Positions 50,761-62,458 of a stretch of DNA of 64,000 nt are shown here, piece after piece. Each line of letters opens with the position of its first letter. Positions within the stretch are counted from its first letter, which is position 1. The notes beneath the pieces were generated by a model. That model saw only the letters and a list, made by a program, of their open reading frames with translations, was not told the DNA's origin and made no database searches. Origin of the DNA: TPA_inf: Saccharomyces (lineage: Eukaryota); contig BK006948.2 of NCBI GenBank assembly GCA_000146045.2, forward strand, positions 352,001 through 416,000. The letters run 5' to 3'. The translations under genes and the position numbers were made by a program.

Positions 50761-53388
50761 CTAAGATATTATATTCATTTCCTTGGCATAACGTGTAGTA
50801 ACTCTTTGAACCTGTCTGATATCACCGCATGCAATTAGTATCTTTTTTAGAAGGTTCCTCTTAAAATCTTTATCGGCAAATGCTGACCCGGTACCACTGA
50901 TGGGGAGATCATCATATAACCATTGAAAAACATCGTTCAAACGGTCCATATACCCCAATTCACTCAGACGGATGCAATAAACCATCATTAGCTTCGAAAA
51001 CTCTTCAGGCTCCTCCAATCTGATACTTATTAGGATTTTATTTTCCAGGTGAGACAAAGTTACGATCTCCTCCATATTTTCAAATCCCTCTTTCATTAAT
51101 ATTGTCCTAGCAAATCTCTGTAAATTCTTAATCCTACCCTTTCTATTAAGTTCGTCATTCGTTTTGCATTCCAAAAAGTTAATGATACTTTGATTATCAT
51201 TCTTGATATCACTAACTATTTCATTAATATTAGATTCACTGCCATTAAAAGAGTCGGTATTTGCTTTGCTAGAAGACAACCCAGTAGTATTAGTAGTGTC
51301 CCAGTACTGCGAACCATAGGCCCACCACCCATCGCTTACCAGAAGCCATGTTTCCATGTTCTTATCGAACAAATAACCATCGCCATTACTCAGTGTAACT
51401 AGTGGCACACCCTTTTTTGTAATAGAGCACAATGTTATATTTTCAGCTCTGGTCAATATATCATCTGAGTATCGCAATGACGGGTTTAACAATGGATAAA
51501 TAGTGTTGGTGGGAAAAGCCAGCTTCTTCTGCTCTATGTTCCAACAATAAAGCTCCCCTATGCTTGTTAAGCAAAGTAAATAAGTTCCACATGCTTCAAG
51601 GAAACTAATGCTAACTCCTAATACTAGGGGAGCCATTAGTTTTCTACCCGAATCAGAATATATGTAAATACTTCCGTCCTCACTACAGAATGACCAAAAG
51701 GTGTCACCTGCTGTGCAGATTGTTATGAGTTTTGGAATAAAATCTTGAAATAGAACTTGATCTTGATCGAGAACTTTTGAGGTAAGCTTGACAATTGTCG
51801 GCCTTTGTTCATTGCCAGATCCATTCTTAACATCGAGGATTAAATTCGGATTATTAATTGGAGAGTATTTAAATGTAGATCTGATTTTCGGTGTTGCAAG
51901 TCTAATCCTTGAGAAAGACGTATTGGGTAGGAGCAAGCCGGTATCTAAAAAGTCAATTGGCTGTAGCTCTTTTTTCTGCTTTTTGCTGCCAGGGGCAATG
52001 TTACTTGGAGTTGCCTCTTTTGGCTTTCTCTTCAAATCCCTTGGCACAGTGTATGATGGAGTGTTGAATTCCATTGATGTGCTCTGGATAGTTTTGATGC
52101 CATTAGTTTGATTGTTAGCCGTTTTTTTTTTGGTCGGTTTCTTGCCCACGGCAGATCTACCAATATCGTTTGGAATAGGTGCTGCGCTTGCAGATTCTTC
52201 TAATTTGATGTTTTCTGGGAAACTTTTCGGTATTTGTTCTGCTAACGGCTCTTCAAGCTTTGGAAGCTTTTTGTTTACTTCTTGTAACGATTTGATTTCC
52301 GTTTGAGGCAATGCTACACCTAAATCCTTCTCTTGGAATGCGAATGTATACAATGTCGCGTCGTTTGAAATGGCAAACAAGGTGAACCCATCCTGTGACC
52401 AAGACATATCGTTTATTGCGGTGGAGGAAACCTGGAGAGCATTAAACAAAGGTTTCATTCTCTTCGTATTCCAAACCAAAATAGTACCGTCTGTAGATCC
52501 CGAAGTGGCGATTAAATTATAGCGTGTGCTGGTGCCCTTTTTCAAATTAGGCTTTTCATAAAATGCTGGAGAATAAACAAGAACTCTACATCCATTTGAA
52601 GAAGGTGTTACCAGTGTTTTTGTAACTTTGTAGTTGTTATTTCTGTCAAGTAAAGCGGTACAGCTGGTAGCATTATTCGGCACACCTTTCACCGAGTTTA
52701 TCACTGGTAAAATGTCTGCCTGAGGTGACATTGAGATTCTATAATGTAATGGATACATTTGTACATGCTGCGTAAGTTTATTTATGAGTTTGTGTGTACC
52801 CGTTTTGTTAATTTGATAGACTAAAATTGATCTATCTGAAGTCATAACAGTAAAAGTTTGGCCAGTAGGATCTATTATGCCTGTAATAGGTTTGCTCGCC
52901 TTGTCAATAGTTATTTCAGAGAGTTTATCAAAGGTTTTATGCCGAAATAATAGTATCTTATTTTCATTACTTAAAAGAACAAATAAGATACCTAAGTTTA
53001 TGTCATATTTCACATCCGTTATTGTGCTTGGAGATTTACACTCGAACAGAAGCTTACTGTTCATTTTTTCGACAGAATTGATGTTATTTGTATCTCTACA
53101 GAGCCAACCTGAATAACCCCACAGACGATGTTCAGATCCAATATACAATGTTTCGAGATCACCTGTTATGAAAAAAATATCACCGGTAGTATCCTGATCC
53201 ACCTGGAAAGAAACTTCTGGCTTTAAATCCTTAATCATAACCCTATCGAATGCAGTATCGACTAGTTGTTGTTGTCTCCACGCCATCACGTGACCCCCAC
53301 TGCCTGCCAATATGATATAGGGACCAAGGGCAGCTAAGGCATTCACTTGTTCATTATGAATATCCAAAGGATACTTTAATAATCTCAT
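50761..53388 (-). CDS. HIR2: HIR histone-regulation complex subunit (WD40 N-terminus plus Hira domain), 875 aa.
   Basis: The N-terminus MRLLKYPLDIHNEQVNALAALGPYIILAGSGGHVMAWR carries WD repeats. A Lys/Ser-rich linker follows, then a Hira C-domain. Confidence 0.8.
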   Translation of the reverse strand: MRLLKYPLDIHNEQVNALAALGPYIILAGSGGHVMAWRQQQLVDTAFDRVMIKDLKPEVSFQVDQDTTGDIFFITGDLETLYIGSEHRLWGYSGWLCRDTNNINSVEKMNSKLLFECKSPSTITDVKYDINLGILFVLLSNENKILLFRHKTFDKLSEITIDKASKPITGIIDPTGQTFTVMTSDRSILVYQINKTGTHKLINKLTQHVQMYPLHYRISMSPQADILPVINSVKGVPNNATSCTALLDRNNNYKVTKTLVTPSSNGCRVLVYSPAFYEKPNLKKGTSTRYNLIATSGSTDGTILVWNTKRMKPLFNALQVSSTAINDMSWSQDGFTLFAISNDATLYTFAFQEKDLGVALPQTEIKSLQEVNKKLPKLEEPLAEQIPKSFPENIKLEESASAAPIPNDIGRSAVGKKPTKKKTANNQTNGIKTIQSTSMEFNTPSYTVPRDLKRKPKEATPSNIAPGSKKQKKELQPIDFLDTGLLLPNTSFSRIRLATPKIRSTFKYSPINNPNLILDVKNGSGNEQRPTIVKLTSKVLDQDQVLFQDFIPKLITICTAGDTFWSFCSEDGSIYIYSDSGRKLMAPLVLGVSISFLEACGTYLLCLTSIGELYCWNIEQKKLAFPTNTIYPLLNPSLRYSDDILTRAENITLCSITKKGVPLVTLSNGDGYLFDKNMETWLLVSDGWWAYGSQYWDTTNTTGLSSSKANTDSFNGSESNINEIVSDIKNDNQSIINFLECKTNDELNRKGRIKNLQRFARTILMKEGFENMEEIVTLSHLENKILISIRLEEPEEFSKLMMVYCIRLSELGYMDRLNDVFQWLYDDLPISGTGSAFADKDFKRNLLKKILIACGDIRQVQRVTTRYAKEMNIIS

Positions 53389-53767
53389 TGTTCCGGATTG
53401 TGTAGGAACTCCTTTGCTGCGTGGCGTATTCCTCTGTATGGACGATTTAGCACTTTTTGTATATTGTTTTATGAAGACTTCATAATTCTAGCCGAATTAA
53501 CTGATATTTTTTTCGCGCTTTTTTTTGTCGACCTTCCAGGAAGAAAAAATATGAAAGCGAATAAATGGAGGTGTATTGGCAATCCTTTATCAAATGAAAA
53601 CAAGCACCAAATAGAATAAGTAAATCACATTCTTAAAGAAGTTGGTCATTCCAGATACGTGGAATTTTCCTGCTGTATTTTTTCATCAATCTTTTACTTG
53701 AGAAATACTAGCTTTTTTCAAATTATTCAAGATTAAGGGACTTAGAGAACTGATAGAAAAGCAGATC

Positions 53768-54544
53768 ATGGGCAGTAGATCGGAGAATGTGGGAACAGTG
53801 ACTAGAGAAGGCTCCAGAGTGGAACAAGATGATGTCCTCATGGATGATGACTCTGACTCATCGGAATACGTGGATATGTGGATCGATTTATTTCTTGGGA
53901 GAAAAGGCCATGAATATTTCTGTGATGTCGATCCTGAGTACATCACTGATCGTTTTAATCTGATGAACTTGCAAAAGACAGTTTCAAAATTTTCCTACGT
54001 GGTACAATATATTGTGGATGATTTGGATGATAGTATCCTAGAGAATATGACACATGCCCGTTTAGAACAATTAGAATCAGATTCCCGGAAGCTGTATGGT
54101 CTCATCCATGCACGCTACATTATAACTATCAAAGGATTGCAAAAAATGTACGCTAAGTACAAAGAGGCGGACTTTGGAAGATGTCCCCGTGTGTATTGTA
54201 ATTTACAACAGTTGTTACCGGTTGGTTTGCATGACATTCCTGGTATAGATTGTGTCAAGTTATATTGTCCATCTTGTGAGGATCTTTATATACCAAAATC
54301 ATCGAGACATAGTTCCATTGATGGTGCATACTTTGGAACAAGTTTTCCAGGTATGTTTTTGCAAGCATTTCCAGATATGGTACCCAAACACCCAACTAAA
54401 AGATATGTTCCAAAAATATTTGGATTTGAATTACATAAACAAGCTCAACTGACAAGGTGGCAAGAACTACAACGACTCAAGTTAGTTGAGAAACTTGAAT
54501 CCAAAGATGTTGATTTGACGAAAAGTGGTGGTTTTAAAACCTAA
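53768..54544 (+). CDS. CKB2: Casein kinase 2 regulatory beta' subunit, 258 aa.
   Basis: The CK2-beta zinc ribbon is CPRVYCNLQQLLPVGLHDIPGIDCVKLYCPSCEDLY. The N-terminal segment is acidic. Confidence 0.9.
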   Translation: MGSRSENVGTVTREGSRVEQDDVLMDDDSDSSEYVDMWIDLFLGRKGHEYFCDVDPEYITDRFNLMNLQKTVSKFSYVVQYIVDDLDDSILENMTHARLEQLESDSRKLYGLIHARYIITIKGLQKMYAKYKEADFGRCPRVYCNLQQLLPVGLHDIPGIDCVKLYCPSCEDLYIPKSSRHSSIDGAYFGTSFPGMFLQAFPDMVPKHPTKRYVPKIFGFELHKQAQLTRWQELQRLKLVEKLESKDVDLTKSGGFKT

Positions 54545-55063
54545 CTATTAAAGAAAGAAGAAAAAATTCGAAATGAAATCCTAGGCGAAATTGAAAACGA
54601 AAATGAAAATAATGGAGAAACTTCGTCATAAAATTGTGAAAATCAGGTATCATTTGTTCTCCTAGCATTTTCTTTCCTAGAATATTACTATTTTCTACCT
54701 CCATTCGTATTTTACTTTTCCTATTTAATATTAAATTTTTATATACCGTTATTGCCCCTTACGGCAATAATACAACCAGATAAAAGAGCGTGCTCCGAAG
54801 TTAGCCTGTTATATATCAACAATTTGCAAATGTGGTTACCCACGAATTATTGGTGTTATTTTAGTGAATAGCTTGAAATCTTTGAATGTAGGAAGCATCC
54901 TTATTTATCAAGAAATTGGAGAAGTGGCGGCATCGCGTGGAGACTGCCTATGAACTAAGAGGCGGTTTATATTTTAAAAACTCAAAAGCTGTTTGAAGAC
55001 TAATCTGGAAGTACTGAAAAGAGGAGATTTACTCATTCTTTGGTGCAGCAAATTTCTTTCGGC

Positions 55064-55921
55064 ATGAAGTTTTTACTGCAGCAAATAAGAAATATGCATG
55101 TTAAGCCTATAAAAATGCGATGGTTGACAGGTGGTGTCAATTATAGTTATTTACTAAGCACTGAAGACAGGAGAAACTCATGGCTGATTGACCCTGCAGA
55201 ACCACTTGAGGTGTCGCCAAAATTAAGCGCCGAAGAGAAAAAAAGTATTGATGCTATTGTCAATACACATCACCATTATGACCATTCGGGGGGGAACCTA
55301 GCGCTTTATAGTATCTTGTGCCAAGAAAACTCAGGTCACGATATTAAAATAATTGGTGGATCTAAGTCCTCCCCGGGTGTCACTGAAGTACCCGATAATT
55401 TGCAGCAGTATCACTTGGGTAACTTAAGAGTAACATGTATTAGGACTCCATGCCATACAAAAGATTCCATATGCTATTATATCAAAGATTTAGAAACAGG
55501 TGAGCAGTGCATCTTCACAGGCGACACTTTATTCATTGCCGGTTGTGGGAGGTTTTTCGAGGGCACAGGAAGAGATATGGACATGGCCTTAAACCAGATA
55601 ATGTTAAGGGCTGTTGGTGAGACGAACTGGAATAAGGTTAAAATATACCCTGGTCATGAGTACACCAAAGGCAATGTTAGCTTTATCAGAGCAAAAATCT
55701 ATTCCGATATAGGGCAGAACAAGGAGTTTGATGCGTTGGAACAGTATTGCAAATCTAACGAGTGCACCACCGGTCACTTCACCCTGAGAGATGAACTAGG
55801 TTATAACCCATTCATGAGATTGGATGATCGTGCCGTTAGACTAGCAGTCGGCGATACTGCTGGGACTTATCCCAGATCCGTAGTGATGCAAGAGTTAAGA
55901 AAGCTTAAAAACGCTATGTAA
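55064..55921 (+). CDS. GLO4: Mitochondrial glyoxalase II (hydroxyacylglutathione hydrolase), metallo-beta-lactamase fold, 285 aa from MKFLLQQ.
   Basis: It has the THHHYDHSGG metal-binding motif, plus the downstream ...PGHEYT... and CHTKD... motifs. Confidence 0.82.
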   Translation: MKFLLQQIRNMHVKPIKMRWLTGGVNYSYLLSTEDRRNSWLIDPAEPLEVSPKLSAEEKKSIDAIVNTHHHYDHSGGNLALYSILCQENSGHDIKIIGGSKSSPGVTEVPDNLQQYHLGNLRVTCIRTPCHTKDSICYYIKDLETGEQCIFTGDTLFIAGCGRFFEGTGRDMDMALNQIMLRAVGETNWNKVKIYPGHEYTKGNVSFIRAKIYSDIGQNKEFDALEQYCKSNECTTGHFTLRDELGYNPFMRLDDRAVRLAVGDTAGTYPRSVVMQELRKLKNAM

Positions 55922-56424
55922 CTGGCATGCAGTCTAAATATTTGCAAAGTATGTCTGAAGGACTAATGATAGGTGGGTCAGGATATCAGCTTAATCCTCA
56001 CCCATGAAGAAGAAGATATGTCAAAAGCCATATTCAGTAATTGGTCTATTTGTCTCCGTTGTCCACGCTTTCATAGCCATAGAGGAAAAGGCGTAGAAAG
56101 TTCTATATAACAGAGTATTTAGTATTATATTCCCGAGGTTTTAGGAAAGAAAGAAGAAGAAAGAGAAGGAGGAAAATGGGAAGAAACTTAAGATTGAAAG
56201 TGTGAGAAAAATGAATGGCCCTCTCTTTATATAGTGTTCAAAAAATTGAACAGCGATTTATTGTCATCACAGACGTTGAGTCTCTCTCTTTTCCTATTAA
56301 AATTAATCTTAGCAAGTAAGGGCTTGGAGGGAAGATAGCGTTGAGCTGTGAAGTCGATCAAATAAACAGCTTGAGACTAGTTAAGTAGCCACCCCCAGCA
56401 AAACGATATTGCCAAATCAAAATC

Positions 56425-57660
56425 ATGGAAGAAAAGGAAGGTATCAAGGATTCTTCTCTCCTTGAGAAGAGTAATGTTCCGGAATCAATTAATGAGGATA
56501 TTTCAAAGACGACGGATGTGGATCTAAATTCCGATGGGAAAAAGGATAATGACACTTCTGCCAAGGATGGTACACCTAAGGTTGAAGAAAAGGTGAACAA
56601 GTCCTCAGGAATTGATGAGGACGAAGTGGTGACACCCGCTGAGGATGCAAAAGAAGAAGAGGAGGAGCATCCCCCCTTACCTGCCAGAAGGAAGTCTGAG
56701 GAGGAGCCATCTAAAGAGAATCCAATATTGCAAGAATTGAAGGATGCTTTTCCCAATTTGGAAGAAAAATACATTAAAGCGGTGATCATTGCGTCCCAGG
56801 GTGTTTTGAGCCCAGCTTTCAATGCCTTACTATTCCTATCAGATCCCGAATCTGGTAAAGATATCGAGTTACCAACACAACCTGTAAGAAAGAACCCAGA
56901 GGCGCCGGCAAGAAGACGACAAACTCAATTAGAACAAGACGAATTATTGGCACGGCAATTAGATGAGCAATTCAACAGCTCACATTCCCGTCGTCGTAAT
57001 CGTGATCGCGCAACTAGAAGCATGCATGAACAGCGCAGAAGACGTCATAATCCGAACGAAAGGGAGCAACATCACGAAGACAGTGAGGAAGAAGATTCGT
57101 GGTCGCAATTTGTAGAAAAGGACCTGCCAGAGCTTACGGACAGAGCCGGTCGGTCATTACAGGACACAGCAAACAAAGTTAGTAACTGGATAAGTGATGC
57201 TTACCGGAGAAACTTTGCGTCAGGTAATGAGCAAAACGACAACCAACATGGTCACCAAGATCAGCAAGAATGGGAGCCAGAGATTGTGGATTTGTCACAA
57301 GGCGGGAAAAATTCAAGACCCCAGCAACCTGAGAGAAGAAGATTCAATTCGTTTGGCGTTCAAGTCGGTGATGACTCTTTAGAAAGCCACGGAATCACAC
57401 TACACAACGAAGATGGATTTGAAGATGATGAAGATGTGCCACCTCAGTTACCAACGAGAACAAAATCTGGTGAGTCGACTGGAAAAGTAGTGGCAGAGAC
57501 AACCTACATTGATACTCCAGATACAGAAACGAAGAAGAAATGGCAGCCGCTACCACCGGAACCCCTGGATACTACACCAACTAAAGTAAACGCTGTTTCT
57601 AGAAATAAGAAAAATCCGGATGAGGATGAATTCTTAATCAATAGTGACGACGAGATGTAA
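56425..57660 (+). CDS. CUE5: CUE-domain ubiquitin-binding protein, 411 aa.
   Basis: The CUE domain is NPILQELKDAFPNLEEKYIKAVIIASQGVLSPAFNALLFLSDP. The rest is acidic and Gln-rich low complexity. Confidence 0.8.
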   Translation: MEEKEGIKDSSLLEKSNVPESINEDISKTTDVDLNSDGKKDNDTSAKDGTPKVEEKVNKSSGIDEDEVVTPAEDAKEEEEEHPPLPARRKSEEEPSKENPILQELKDAFPNLEEKYIKAVIIASQGVLSPAFNALLFLSDPESGKDIELPTQPVRKNPEAPARRRQTQLEQDELLARQLDEQFNSSHSRRRNRDRATRSMHEQRRRRHNPNEREQHHEDSEEEDSWSQFVEKDLPELTDRAGRSLQDTANKVSNWISDAYRRNFASGNEQNDNQHGHQDQQEWEPEIVDLSQGGKNSRPQQPERRRFNSFGVQVGDDSLESHGITLHNEDGFEDDEDVPPQLPTRTKSGESTGKVVAETTYIDTPDTETKKKWQPLPPEPLDTTPTKVNAVSRNKKNPDEDEFLINSDDEM

Positions 57661-58869
57661 AGCTGATATCTACGTACATGTGTATACGTGCCAATATTTG
57701 GACGCATCTTATTTTACGCGCTTGTGAAGAACTCACTACCTTCTTGAAGGAAGTAAGAAAAAATTTTCAGAATTGTTGATAGTCGTATATCTTCCATTAT
57801 AACTATTGTTAGCTATTAATTCAGATAATGTAGATAAGATTGAAAACATAAATTCATCATAAAAAAGAATAGGTCTTTTACGGCACCCGTTCAGACACTT
57901 TGACACTTCAAAGTATATGCATCAGCACACTTCTGACCATTCTACGTATTGTAACAGCAACATGAGTTCTTTAAAACTCCAATTGACATTTTCGTAATGT
58001 GTTTTGCATATCATCTAAATTTCAATGACAGATTTAAAAAGTCAAGTAATTAAAAATTTTCATAAGCGTGCTTTTTTATAGTGCGAAGAACGGCAAAGGC
58101 AACCTTAAGAAAAAAAAATGATAGGTTACGTGCTATATCCGGAAAATAAAGAAAGATGAGTAAGAGTTAAAGAAAGAATTCAACCAACCTGATGGGTGTA
58201 TGAAAATCCCGATTTTATATCGACAGCGCTAGCATGCATGAACAGTGTTTTGACGGTCAAGAAAAAACATAACCTCTGCATAATGTACTTACTTATCAAA
58301 ACGTTGCAAATCTTGTATGTAAGAGGTGTTTGGGTGTTTTTTCCAAACGACCCGAAGGAGGGCAATTCAAAATAAAAAAAGCAAATTTTATCAGGAAGAG
58401 AAGATTTTAGTCAGAACGGGCCATGTTCAATGGCCAATTTCTTATGCTCTAGAGTAATAATTACTAAGGAGGAAAGTAAGACAAAAAACGGTCTATCGTT
58501 GTTTTAAGTTTACAGCATAGGCATAGTGATAGAGTGTGAGAGAGTCTCTAACTCGGCGTCAGTTTAGAGTCATTTTTTTCTTTTCTCCCCCCAAAGGTCA
58601 TAAGAAGATAAGGATCCAAATTTAGAAGACAAAAAAAGTTTTGTTAGAACGTTTATCCCATTAAAAATAAGGGAAAAGAGAAACAACGTTATTTAGTGAT
58701 TTTTTTAATTGAGAAGCATTTTCTCCAGTGATAATTTAATTGTTTTTTTATTCGGAAAAGAACAGAAAGCGCAAGAAGACAACTCCTTCACACTTAGGCT
58801 ATTAATTTTCCCGCCTCCCCATTAATTGATAAAGATAAAGGTTGTCTGAGCTTACACTTATTATAAACA

Positions 58870-60330
58870 ATGGACGATATAATCACGCAAGTTTCTCCAG
58901 ATAATGCAGAGTCCGCTCCGATTCTACAAGAACAGCAACAGCAACAGAACTCACAGTACGAAGGTAACGAGGAGGATTATGGTGATTCATTGATTCATTT
59001 GAATATTCAAGAAAACCATTATTTCATTACGAGGGACCAGTTGATGTCTCTACCTGAATCCCTATTACTGTGTTTATTTCCCTCAGGTGTTTTTTTGGAC
59101 CGTTGTGGTCAGGTCATTACTAATTTGACCAGAGACGATGAGGTCTACATTGTTAATTTCCCTCCTGATTGTTTTGAGTACATCATGGAGATATATACAA
59201 AAGCGCATGATGATTTGTATAATCATCCTGTGGAGAAATTTTTTGACAGACCATCAAGTAGCTTTGTTTCGAATGCAAAGGGATTTTTTGGACTGAGTAG
59301 CAATAATTCAATTTCGAGCAACAATGAGCAGGATATTTTACATCAAAAGCCCGCTATTATTGTTTTGAGAGAAGACTTGGATTATTATTGTGTACCTCAG
59401 GAGGAATTTCAGTTTGATTCCACTAATGAAGAAAATAATGAGGATTTATTGCGACATTTTATGGCTCAAGTGAAAATGGCTGCTGGCAGTTATTTAACTT
59501 CAAAAACATCGATTTTCCAAGGTTTGTATTCTTCGAATAGACTAAAGCAACAACAGCAACAACAGAAAATTGAAAAGGGGTCCAATTCTTCTTCAAATAC
59601 TAAATCTACTTCGAAAAAATTGGGACCTGCTGAACAACATTTAATGGATATGTTGTGCTCCTCCGGATTCACCAAGGAAACTTGTTGGGGTAACAGAACT
59701 CAAGAAACTGGCAAAACGGTTATAAGTTCACTGTCTCTTTGCCGATTGGCTAACGAGACAACTGAAGGATTTAGGCAAAAATTTAACGAGGCTAAGGCTA
59801 AGTGGGAGGCAGAGCACAAACCTTCTCAAGACAACTTCATCACCCCAATGCAATCTAACATATCGATTAACTCTTTATCTGCAAGTAAATCTAACAGTAC
59901 CATTTCTACAGCAAGGAATTTAACAAGCGGAAGTACAGCACCTGCTACAGCACGTGATAAGAGAAAATCAAGGCTGTCGAAACTAGCAGATAACGTTCGT
60001 TCGCACTCTTCCTCGAGACATAGTTCGCAGACCAGAAGTAAACCTCCGGAGTTGCCCAAATTGTATGATCTAGTGCCAAAACCTAATATCAACGCTAAGC
60101 TACTATTATTTTGGAGAAAACCTGCTCGTAAATGTTGGTGGGGTGAAGAAGACATAGAGCTAGAAGTGGAAGTCTTCGGCTCTTGGAAAGATGAATCAAA
60201 GAAAATCATTGAATTGATCTTGCCAACAAACGTTGATCCTGAAGCAGAACTACATAAAATCATTGTACCCGTCCGATTACATATTCGTAGAGTTTGGACT
60301 TTAGAGTTGAGCGTTATTGGGGTGCAGTGA
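58870..60330 (+). CDS. WHI2: Nutrient/stress-response regulator (BTB/Kctd-like N domain), 486 aa.
   Basis: The N-terminus MDDIITQVSPDNAESAPILQEQQQQQNSQYEG and the length match. A long 5' intergenic region lies upstream. Confidence 0.78.
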   Translation: MDDIITQVSPDNAESAPILQEQQQQQNSQYEGNEEDYGDSLIHLNIQENHYFITRDQLMSLPESLLLCLFPSGVFLDRCGQVITNLTRDDEVYIVNFPPDCFEYIMEIYTKAHDDLYNHPVEKFFDRPSSSFVSNAKGFFGLSSNNSISSNNEQDILHQKPAIIVLREDLDYYCVPQEEFQFDSTNEENNEDLLRHFMAQVKMAAGSYLTSKTSIFQGLYSSNRLKQQQQQQKIEKGSNSSSNTKSTSKKLGPAEQHLMDMLCSSGFTKETCWGNRTQETGKTVISSLSLCRLANETTEGFRQKFNEAKAKWEAEHKPSQDNFITPMQSNISINSLSASKSNSTISTARNLTSGSTAPATARDKRKSRLSKLADNVRSHSSSRHSSQTRSKPPELPKLYDLVPKPNINAKLLLFWRKPARKCWWGEEDIELEVEVFGSWKDESKKIIELILPTNVDPEAELHKIIVPVRLHIRRVWTLELSVIGVQ

Positions 60331-61006
60331 GTGTATATAATATATTAGAGAAAGAAATGGAAAGAGATCGGGCCAAAGACACAATATGTAACAGTATGGT
60401 TTCTTGGTATCCCCTCTTTCTATTCCTCCCTTGTTACGAAATGATGTATATTTGTATCTCTATAACAAAATTATATGAACTGTCTCAAAGCACATGAAGA
60501 AGGAAAAAAGGTGGCGTCGAAGACTGCTAGATATTTCTCTTCGTATCTTCCCATCCCCTTCTGCAAATAACGGTTTTTCCATTGTCTATTTCAAAGTTAC
60601 CCGCATAATAAAGTCGTACATTGTTCGAAAAATATCACTCAAAAGCAGCATTGATCCGGTATAAAACAATAGAAATTTTTTTTTTTTTTTATTGTTATAA
60701 TTATTCTGACTCACGTCTGGATTTCGTTAGTTCGTCATTTTTTCTTAATTTCAGTAAACTGTGATCACGAGTCTGCAACATCATTATACACCGTATATCT
60801 GTATTATTAAGAATCAGGGTCTCCTTTTAATTTGCTGTTGAAAAACATCTTAAGGGAGTGTGATTGTCTGTTGATGTATACTAGTCTGGTAAAGCTAAAT
60901 ATTCTTATAAAAAACTTTTGGTAACCCATTATTACAGGAAACAAGATCCATTTATCAGATAAAAATTATAAAACATTAAGGAATCAGGACCTTTTTTTCG
61001 ACAATC

Positions 61007-61480
61007 ATGATAGAGGCGTTGGAAATAGTTCTATTGCTCGTTATACAATCACTTCAATATATCTGTCGCACATGCATAGCTTTTTTGCTAATACCATTCT
61101 TAGGCCTGTATGCATTCGATCTCTTCCTATACGTTTATCGGATGATACTTTATCTGTCACAAATGTTCAATTACAAGAGAAAACTAGGACGTTCTAAAAC
61201 AAATAATAGGCCGCATAGTCCCAGGCTACATAAGATATACAGTAGTGGGGATTGCATGGATACCTTAATTGGCCAAGTAAGGGATTTGAGAGTATTTTTG
61301 TTATCCACGATCCACAGCCACTCTAAAAGATTCTTTTCTACGAGATTTCAGACAAAATCAGGCATTAACTCTGCTATTGACGCGAATGATGTTGAAACAA
61401 CATCTGACGTATCTAGTTTTACAAATTTACATTTAACAAGGTCATCGGAAGAAGGTTATTATATCGCAGGATCGATATAA
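61007..61480 (+). CDS. IRC23: Small membrane protein, 157 aa.
   Basis: Two N-terminal hydrophobic helices (LLLVIQSLQYICRTCIAFLLIPFLGLYAFDLFLYVY) are present, and the position between WHI2 and TOM6 fits. Confidence 0.55.
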   Translation: MIEALEIVLLLVIQSLQYICRTCIAFLLIPFLGLYAFDLFLYVYRMILYLSQMFNYKRKLGRSKTNNRPHSPRLHKIYSSGDCMDTLIGQVRDLRVFLLSTIHSHSKRFFSTRFQTKSGINSAIDANDVETTSDVSSFTNLHLTRSSEEGYYIAGSI

Positions 61481-61851
61481 TAAAAGAAAATATGGAAAAC
61501 CCTTTCATGGGTGTTTGCACGGAATTAGGATCACATAATGAATACACACAGGAGGAAAACGGCTCGATACATGATTTGGCCATAACGGCAAAAGCGTATA
61601 CTCACATAATCGTATGCAAACATATCACACAAATCTATCATACGTATGTATACATTTATATAATATATGCATATGGCGGATAATATATTATTGTTCACTG
61701 ATTTTGTCACTTTATACGTAGTCTTCCTCGCATTATTTAGAGACGAGGGAGAAAAATGGGCCAAACATATTTGATCATTGTACGTGATGAATCCATGTCC
61801 TGTAGGCTTCTCAAGAGAACAAAAACAAAACACAGACAAAATAATTGAAAA

Positions 61852-62037
61852 ATGGACGGTATGTTTGCTATGCCAGGCGCAGCTGCAGGTGCGGCCTCCC
61901 CACAACAACCAAAATCAAGATTCCAAGCTTTCAAGGAATCTCCACTATACACAATTGCACTAAACGGTGCCTTCTTCGTTGCAGGTGTTGCGTTTATTCA
62001 ATCTCCACTCATGGACATGTTGGCCCCACAATTATAA
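61852..62037 (+). CDS. TOM6: TOM complex small subunit, 61 aa.
   Basis: The translation MDGMFAMPGAAAGAASPQQPKSRFQAFKESPLYTIALNGAFFVAGVAFIQSPLMDMLAPQL has a single C-terminal TM helix. Confidence 0.82.
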   Translation: MDGMFAMPGAAAGAASPQQPKSRFQAFKESPLYTIALNGAFFVAGVAFIQSPLMDMLAPQL

Positions 62038-62458
62038 GGGGTTGGTTCTTGTATAGTTGAGATTTTTTCACTTACCTGTATATATATTGGTTTTTGGGTT
62101 CTCAAAAGAATTTGTCAAATATGTTTATATTTTATTCCCGAATTATGTAGAGTTAGCAGTGTATATAATGGAAAAAAAGCAAGTATGCTTTACATTTAGT
62201 ATTCCTTTTAACGCAAGCCTTTTGTATACGGGCTGTTTACTGTTCACCGGAAAGCCGTGACAAAAGAGAGTGACAAAGGTATCGAAATCACAAGGTATAT
62301 GCTGTGTTTGTATTTATATAAGCTTGCCTCACAAGTAAAAGTGGATCAACAAACTGAGAAGAAACAAATGGGACCCATTGATGTCGTAATAATATATTCA
62401 TTGGTGTATGAAATTAGATTAAAGCTTTTACGTATTTTGAGGTATTATGTACTGAATT

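Noticed and set aside
56358-56822. A 154-codon minus-strand ORF overlapping the CUE5 start (YOR041C-like dubious ORF).
   Set aside because: It is Ser/Gly/Ala-rich, the mirror of the acidic CUE5 N-terminus. Its overlap with a clearly conserved gene makes it unlikely to be coding.
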